From: Eledone cirrhosa
Taxonomy: Eukaryota
NCBI GenBank assembly: GCA_964016885.1
Contig: OZ024741.1
Coordinates: 73,160,001-73,224,000 of the forward strand
Reading direction: 5' to 3'
Length of the DNA stretch: 64,000 nucleotides
This document shows positions 56,055 through 64,000 of this stretch, one piece after another. Positions within the stretch are counted from its first letter, which is position 1; every line of letters begins with the position of its first letter. Under the pieces are notes generated by a model that saw nothing but the letters and a program-made list of their open reading frames with translations, made no database searches and was not told where the DNA came from. The position numbers were made by a program, and so were the translations under genes.

Positions 56055-59000
56055 TTTATTTATTGGCCACAAGGGCTGACATCAAGAAAAACATTACAGA
56101 CGGCATAGGACGGTACAGGACGGTACGATGTGGGTTTTGTGCGTGTAAATATTTTTATTATTTATATAAGAAAAAAAAAAAAGGACATAGAAACATATAT
56201 ATATATAAACAATAAAAATGAAAATTGAAATAATGAAAAATTCCCCAATAGGGGGGAAACCTCCGAGGGTTACTCGTGGCGAAAACCACACAAAAGACCA
56301 CGGCCACCCTGACCACCAGGGCAAGCGCCCTCTCTCAATTTTTCCATCTCTCAAACTACAGACGTATATTCAGAGTGGTCCCGTTCACTCGGACCATTCT
56401 CGCTACATTCACCCACATTTCAACAAACTTGCTAGAAAGCAGCACTTGCCTCTCCACCCTGATTTTCCTCTTCAAGTGAAACTTGAAAAAGTTAATTAGG
56501 GATTCGCCGAAGAGGAAAGTGTCTGTCTTTAACCCTTTTAACCTTGTCCACCACACAATCTCTTTCGCCATGGCCACCAGACAGATGAAAACCGCCTGCT
56601 CTTCCTCCTCGAAGGAAGACGGCGAGACCATCTGCACAATGGACTCAGTCGACAACCGGATCAGTCCCACACGCGACAGCAACTGTTCGACATAGCTCCA
56701 CAAGTCAGCAATGCTAGGGCACTGAACGAGTTCGTGCACAACGGTTTCGCCGCTCTGCGCGCATCTCGGACAGGTTCGGCTGACGGCACTTCCGTGCCTG
56801 TAGAGCTTATCTCGAACCGGCAGCGCTCCCCGGTAGCATTGCCAGGCCAGGGATTTTTGGAAGTTATCCATAGGCTCCGGGCTGAAAGTTCTCCGAAAGA
56901 GAGCAAGCAGCTGATATTCTTCGACGCCCAGGCTCTCTCCGAGAATGTCGTCGCTCTTCCCCTCCATTAGTCCTCTATAGAACGCCGAGGTGGATGTTCC
57001 ACCGATACTGGTGCCCAGCTGGGAGAGGGCAGTGAGCGCCTGGAGACATTCCAGTTTCCAAGAGCTATCCCTCGGTCTTTTTCTGACCCAGGACTGCAGC
57101 TCCGTCAAGGAGACGAGCTGTGGGAAAACGTGCCTGGCGAACGGCGACAACACCGGTTCACCATCAAGGAAGCACCAGAGATGTCGCAGCCTCAGCGCAT
57201 GTTTGCGCATCATCAGCCATGGCATGCCCAGTCCTCCACGCAACGGGTGTTGACAGCAGATGGATGTCTGACCATGGGAGGGCGTCCCTTCCACACAAAG
57301 CGGAAGAGGAGTCGCTCCATTTTGGTGAGAGTTGGACTGGAGCAAGGGACGACGGTGAGGCGTAGCATGACGGATGCGATGTACGCATTCGCCACCTCCG
57401 CCCGGCCTTTCAGTGACAGCTTCCTCTCAGCGCATTTCTGGGTGAGGGAGGCCACCCTGCTCGTCACATCGTTCCAGTTTTTCTCCATCTGGAGGTCCGG
57501 TCAGAACCAGACCCCGAGCAATTTAACCGGTCCGTCCGTCCAACGCCCCACGACGCTGTCGGAGGGCATGGACTTGCCTCTCCAGGTGCCGAGCTGCAAG
57601 CCCACCGACTTTTCCTGGTTTATCTTTGCTCCTGTCACCGCTTCGTATTCCTTGAGAGCGGTGCCGAGCATCTGGACGTGTCTGGTTCTCGACACCACCA
57701 CGGTGACGTCATCAGCGTAAGCCGACTCGGATTTCCCTTTTCAGGGCGAACCACCATCTGTTGTTGACGACAGCTCCCGTCAACGCCCGCTTAACTAATA
57801 CGCTAATCCGGTCTCTGTAGGCTTTGCGCGCCGGGAAAGATGCGTTTAGCTTCCAGTAACCAGGCCCTTGTCTATGAAGTCTGTCTATGTCGATCTCACA
57901 GATTACAAATTTGTGGTCTGTGTAGTTGACTATTTTAAATTGTGGATAACTTATAATAGCCTTATCTAGTTCTCTGCAGAATACCCTATCGAGATACGAT
58001 CTGGATGACCCGATGCGGTTTGTCCATGTCCACATTGGCACATTCGGGTGATCCAGTCGATACCTGTCAGACAGTTCAAAACGTCTGAGCAGGTTGGTGA
58101 GGCTCTTGCACTCTCCTCCCCTATCCACTAGCCCCACACGATCCCAGCGTGAATCCAAGATACTGTTCCAGTCGCCCACTAACACTAAAGAGCGGGACGT
58201 TCCAAGAAAGTTCTCTAGACGTCTGAAGAAATCTGGCCGTCCTGCCCCTGTTGGGGCGTAGACGGCTACTAGCCTGAAAGCATTGCCTTCGCTGCCCGTC
58301 ACGTCTAGCATCACCGACTTACCCTCTGGGTCCAGGAAGATGGCCCGTATCGCGAGATCCAAGCCTCTGCGAATAAGGACGGCAACCCCTCCCCCCGATC
58401 CTGGGCGGCTGGGAGATGCTTATACATCGTAGCCGCCGAAGATCGGTGCGAAGGCTTGTGCTTCGGAGATTTTGGTTTCACTGATGGCCACTACATCTAT
58501 GTTTAGTGACCTGAGGTCATTGAGCAGGTGACCCTGCTTCCAAGATGACCCCAGGCCACGTGCATTTATACTGCCTATTCTGAGTACAGCCATGTTGGAT
58601 GAGAAACGGGGCAAGTGAGAAAGGGTCACTTACCTTGTTCGTGTGGTGAAGGGACAGTAGAACCGTCCCTTTCGCTGGTCATGGGTGTTTCAAAGAGGAT
58701 GTCAGTGTATATCCTCTTGGTAACCGACCCTCTGAAGCCTCCAACTGCGTTGGGGAATTTTTGTTTTAAAGGTTTGTACTGTTCTATTGAGATTTCGATG
58801 ATGTTTATGTTTGTCGGGAGAGTTCTTGGTGTTGGTGGGGTGTAGTAGTTTTTTTCTGTGATGTCTGTGTGCTGCTTTATATATTCTATGAGTTCTTTTT
58901 TTGCCATGTTTATGGCTGTGTACTTTTTGGCGGGAGGGGTGATTTTGTTGCTGTTTTCTTCTTGTTGCTGTTTGGTGTGTGTGTCTTGTTGTGTTTGCAT

Positions 59001-60933
59001 TGTTGGTGTTTGTGGTGGTGATGGTGGTGGTGTTGCTGCAAGTTTCCATGCTGCCTTTACCCCCTCTTTGTATGCCTTCGCTTTCGGAGGGTGAATCTAA
59101 GGGGGTTATTTTGTTGTTTTTTTGTGGCAGACCGTTTGCCACTTCACTCCCGCCTCAAACTCCATGTCGGATTCTGTGGCGTCTGGGAGGGGTATGTGCT
59201 CCACAGCTGTTGGTGGTGGTAGTGGAGCCCTCTTCGGCAATTTTGTTGCTGGTGTAGCTACTTCAAATGGAGCTATTGGTGTTGCCGCTACTGATGATGC
59301 TGCTTTAGTTGTCCGTGGCCTTGGTACGGGTGCTACGGACGTTGCCCTCCTACTCACCGTGGAAGGGGCTTCTTCGTTTGTTGCCTGCCCTGCACTTGGT
59401 AGCAGCGGACCAGGTATTGGAAGGAGAGGGGCCTTCTTCGCTGTCTTCTGCAGGCAAAAGGCCCTGAGGTGACCCTTCGACCCACAGAGATAAAATTTTG
59501 GCCGTCTTCCTTCTACACTTATAGGGAGTTGGAGTCCTTCCTCGATGTCTATGATATCGGGGATAGCGTCGATACATTCCTGGTCAGTTTGTATAAGCAT
59601 TTGCATGCCTATACCTGACCAGTTCTCTCTCCCTATTTTTTTCTCCTTGCAGCATGGTCTCCCTGTTCTCGATTCCAGCAAGGACAGACGCGGCCAGCCA
59701 AGGTATGGGCACGTCGGGTGGGACCTGGGTCACTTTGACCCTCACAATTTTCTGTCCGCAGTAGGAGGGCACCAAGACTATCTCCTCACTCTTTAGGGTT
59801 TCCAAAGAGTGAGACTTTGCTTCCTGGGGGGAGGCGAAAAGTACGTCTACTGTGGCGTACTTTCTGCCTCGCGTGATGTGGGTTTTGCGTGCCCAGACGC
59901 ACCCCAAGGCCTTTTGGATTTGAGCCTCCGTGGCTCTCTCCACTCGATGTAAGATTTTGCTTACGGTGCGGTAAGTCACCGTCCGTAGCTGCTGGTCCTT
60001 GAAAAAAATCGGGTGGAGGTTTCAGGGAAACTCTATTTGCGCTCTTGTCACCATGGCCCTTGGGACTGCCATCTCCTCCTCTGTGACTAAAACTGTCTCG
60101 ATATTTCGGGCGACACCTTCAAAAGAAGTGGTCCCTTTTTCAGCAGCACCACTATTACTGCCGCTACTGGTCTTAGTGGTAGTGCTGAGATCGCTATTAC
60201 AGGTATCCGTGTCATTGTTGTTGTTTTCGTTGGTACAGTTGTTGGTGTTGTTGTTGTTGTTTTCGTTGATACTGTTGCTGTTGTTACTGTTATTGTGGCT
60301 ATTGTTATTATTGTTGTTTTTGTTGATACTGTTCCTACTATTATTGTTGTTGTGGCTGTTGTTATTATCATTGTTATTGTCGTTCTCGACCTTACCGCTG
60401 TTATTTTTGTTATTGTCGTTCTCGACCTTACCGCTGTTATTTTTGTTATTGTCGTTCTCGACTTTACCGCTGTTATTTTTGTTGTTGCTGTTGTTATTGA
60501 TGGTGTTGTTGTTGGTGTTGTTGTTGGTGTTATTGTTGGTGTTGTTTGTGTTAGAAATATTTGTTAATTTTAAATCTGTAACAATCTTTTTTTCCTTTGT
60601 AATATTTTCGTTTATATTTACCTCCGCTGGAACGCTGTCTTGTTGAGATGCTGATAAAGTCTCCCTCTCTGTGTGTTGTCTGACAGCGCTCTCTCTCTTT
60701 CTTGTGTTATCCATGTTGAAATTTAAAAAAAAAATGTTTTTACACAAATACGAATACGAATACGACACCCCGGAAAGGAGTGCCGTATTATTTACTAGTG
60801 AACTCCTGTATTAGGTGGGTCACTTCTTCTAAACTTTTATCAAATTTAAAACTTGAATGAAAGGTTTAGAACGGTTGAAAACGAGGTAAAACGTTGAAAA
60901 AAACTGGAGGCGATAAGAAGCGTGGCTTCACCA
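56053..60933 (-). mobile_element. Near-full-length Tx1/L1-clade LINE in (AAT)n, frameshifted, with the RT N-terminal half deleted
   Basis: ORF1 pieces 60768->58626 include a degenerate zinc knuckle (FYLCGSKGHLRAFC). ORF2 APE domain: GSINARGL, ISETK, VAVYAP, VGDWN, SYLDR, TDHK, GPGYWKLN. At about 57725 it jumps to SAYADD. C-terminal CPRC..ETVVH. AATAAA plus (ATT)n tail. Confidence 0.92.
60373..60480. repeat. 3 x 36-bp in-frame minisatellite within the poly-Asn region of Tx1 ORF1
   Basis: GTTATTGTCGTTCTCGACCTTACCGCTGTTATTTTT x3, encoding KNNSGKVENDNN on the minus strand. Confidence 0.9.
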
Positions 60934-60957
60934 ACAATAATAATAATAATAATAATA

Positions 60958-61038
60958 ATTGTTTCTACTTTAGGCACAAGGCCAGCAATCACCCAGTGCA
61001 TTACTGGTACTTTATTTTATCGACCCCGTAAGGATGAA
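60958..61038 (-). mobile_element. SINE 3' fragment between (AAT)n tracts
   Basis: Reverse complement reads TTTCATCCTTACGGGGTCGATAAAATAAAGTACCAG...GGCCTTGTGCC..GAAAC(ATT)n. Confidence 0.8.
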
Positions 61039-61059
61039 ATAATAATAATAATAATAATG

Positions 61060-62336
61060 ATAACATGTATTTGGGTGTTCTGGAGGCTGATGACATCAAG
61101 AACAAAAAAAATGAAGGAATTGATAAGATCTGAATACATTCGGAGAGTAAGGAGCGTGTTAAAGTCACATCTGAACAGTAGGAATGCCATAAGTGCAGTA
61201 AATTCCCAAGCTGTGTCTATTATTAGGTACAGTGCGGGAATTCTGAGATGGAATGTTGTTGAACAAAAAGAAATGGATAGGAAGACTAGGAAGCTATTGA
61301 CTATCTACAACATGTTCCACAATAGGATTGATGTCGTTATACTTTACTTAAAGAAATCTTAAGGTGGAAGAGGTCTTATCAGCATAGAGGACTGTGTTCA
61401 GATGGAGAAAAACAACCTACACAAATACGTGACTGATAGTAAGGAGCCAATGCTCAGAATTGTACTGAAGGAGAGGACAATAGACCAGGGGATGTCCAAG
61501 GAGGAAATAACAACAAGGAGAAAGAGCAGCCTTCATGAAAATTCAGAGATCCCCAGACATGGAACTGGTTGAAAAGAGGGGACCTTTAAAAAGGCTACAG
61601 AAGGCATGCTAATGGCTGCGCAAGAGCAGGCCCTCAAAACGAAGTGGCTGAAACACCATATTTACAAGGAGGAGGCTAGCCCACTGTGCAGGATCTGTGG
61701 AGAGAGAGAGGAGACTGTGGCTCACATTGTATCCGAGTGTAAAGACCTAGCCCAGACTCACTATAAGGGCTGGAGACATGATGTGATGGGCAGGGTGATC
61801 CACTGGCACCTATGCAAAGTAAACAATTGACCACATTCTGAGAAGTGGTATGAGCATAAGCCAGAGTCGGTGATATAAAACGATCAGGTGAAGGTGCTGT
61901 GAGATTTTAGGATACAGACGGACAAGAAACTGGAACACAATAGACCTCACCTGGTGGTTTTGGACAAGGAAAAAAGATCGTGCCTGATTGTAGATGTGGC
62001 CTGCCCATTCGACACGATAGTGCAAGAGAAGGAGAGGGAGAAAATTAACCGATACCAGGACTTAAAGTGGGAGGTAAAAAGGATTTGGAACTGCCATGAA
62101 GTCAAAGTGGTCCCGATTGTCATAGGCGAACTAGCTACTATCTCAAAGAGTTTCCAAGGATGGTTAAAGAAAATTGGCCCCGCCCCGCTTTTTGGAACAC
62201 TTCAAAAGTCATGCTTGCTGGGAACAGCAAGAACCCTCCGATACGTCCTGAATATCTGAGGCTGCAGGTAGTGGCTTGATATTTATTTCAACAAACTTTC
62301 CAGTTAAATAACATGAATGACAGAGACTCAAAGAAC

Positions 62337-62340
<4 letters not shown>
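61060..62340 (+). mobile_element. 5'-truncated Dong/R4-clade LINE in (TAA)n
   Basis: MDRKTRKLL, GGRGL, AAQEQAL, CCHC (CRICGEREETVAHIVSEC), WRHD, RP-LVV..IVDVACPFD..KEREKINRY. (AAT)n at both ends. Confidence 0.92.
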
Positions 62341-62366
<26 letters not shown>

Positions 62367-62368
<2 letters not shown>

Positions 62369-64000
62369 TTTCATTTATTGGCCACAAGGGCCGACATATA
62401 GGGGACAATACAAAAGACTGGGACAGTGGGGTTTTACAGAAAAATCGAGTAAACAATATGAATAACAATAATAAAGTAACAATAAATTAACAATAAAATT
62501 ACAACAAGAAAAAATTCCTCAATAGGGGGGATGACAACCTAGGGTTCGCTCAGGTACCCCACCAGTCCTGAACTACCCGACGCTTCGAGAGCACCCTGGA
62601 AGGGCACCTCTCTCCTCCTCAAATTTACCTACCTACAGCCGCATGACCAGAGTAGGCCCACTCACACGGGCCATTCTCGCCACATTCACCCACCTTTCAG
62701 CAAATGTGCTGGGGGGAAGCACTTCTCTCTCCACCCTCACCTTCCTTTCCAAGTGAAACTTGAAAAAGTTGATGAGGGATTGGCCGAAGAGAAAAGTGTC
62801 TGTCTTCAGTCCTTTCAACCTCGTCCACCATACAACCTCTTTCGCAACTGCCACCAAACAGAGGAAAATTGCCTGCCCTTCTTGGCCAAAAGAAGGCGGC
62901 GGGTCGATCTTCACTATGGACTCGGCCGATAGCCGGATCCGTTCTACACGCGAAAACAGCTATTCAACATAACTCCACCAGTCAGTAATGCACGGACACT
63001 GGACGAGTGCGTGCAGAACGGTTTCGTCGCTCTGCGCGCATCTCGGGCAGGTCCGTCTGACAGCACTTACGTGCCTGTAGAGTTTATCTCGAATCGGCAG
63101 TGCCCCCCGGTGGCACTGCCAAGCGAGGGATTTTTGGAAATTATCCATCGTCCCCGGCTCGAAAGTCCTCCGGTACAGACTGGTTAGTTCGACTTCGTTG
63201 ACTCCCAGAGCCTCTCCGAGTGCGTCGATGCACTTGCCCACCACTAATCCTCTATAGAACTCAAGAGTGGAAGTTCCACTGACCGCATTGCCCGCCTGGT
63301 AGAGGGCAGTGAGTGCCTGGCAACATTCCAGATGCCAGTCACCCAGTCTCGGTCTCTTCTTGACCCAGGACTGCAGCCCAGTCAAAGAAACGAGCTGCGG
63401 AAAGGCCCGTCTGACAAACGGCGACCACACCTGTTCACCGTTTAGGTAGAATATCTGGAGATGCCGCAGACTAAGCGTGCCTGCGCATCATTAGCCACGG
63501 CATGCCCAGCCCTCCACGTAGAGGGTGCTGGCAGCAGATGGACCGCCTCACCAGCGGAACCTAACCCCTCCACAAGAATTTGAAGAGGAGCCGCTCCAAG
63601 ATGGCGAGGCGCGAACGGGGGCAAGGGACGACGGTCAGACGGTAGTAGATGACGGACGCGATGTACGCGTTCGCCACCTCCGCCCGACCTTTCAGTGATA
63701 GCTTCATCCCAGCCCATTTCTGGGTGACACTGGCTACCCTGCCCGTCACCTCGTCCCAATTCTTATCCACCTGGAGGTCTGGCACGAACTAAACCCCTAG
63801 CAACTTTACCGGTCCGTCCGTCCAGCGCCTAACGACGCTGTTGGACGGCATGGACATGCCTCTCCTGGTGCCGAGTTGCAAGCCCACCGACTTTTCCGGG
63901 TTAAGTTTTGCTTCCGTCAACCTTTCATATTCCTCCAATAAGTTGCCGACCACCTCGATTTCTGAGGTGTCCGACACCATTACAGTGATGTTCTCCGCAT
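62367..64000 (-). mobile_element. Tx1/L1-clade LINE 3' part (continues beyond the window)
   Basis: AKLNPEKS, KLSLKGRAEVAN, MDNFQKSLAW and CPRC..ETVLHAL. Same 3' UTR and (ATT)n tail as the other Tx1 copies. Confidence 0.9.

Overview
AT-rich eukaryotic, almost certainly animal, intergenic or intronic DNA. The repeat mix is consistent with an octopus or other cephalopod (inference only). I can support no host protein-coding exon, and most listed ORFs are microsatellite artefacts. The window is a mosaic of microsatellites ((TA)n, (TATG)n, (CA)n, (GA)n, (AAT)n and three large ACC-based arrays), one 200-N gap, and decayed retroelements: R4/Dong-type RLE LINEs, Tx1/L1, CR1, RTE, tRNA-derived SINEs, a Tigger-like MITE and a probable Helitron. 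The main signal is a dense population of Penelope-like (PLE) and retrozyme-like insertions in (TA)n tracts. One is a near-full-length Naiad-type PLE. About 11 insertions share a fold-back plus one-sided-tail architecture. Folding by eye gives type I hammerhead ribozyme motifs in about 12 distinct sequence families, many with non-canonical cores (U.U at 10.1/11.1, U4->C or A, U3-A8 covariation, an extra nucleotide after A9). A second signal is a 3'-terminal stem-loop (loop CTTGT) plus (ATT)n tail shared by a SINE family and a Tx1 LINE. All RNA folds were done by hand and none is tested.
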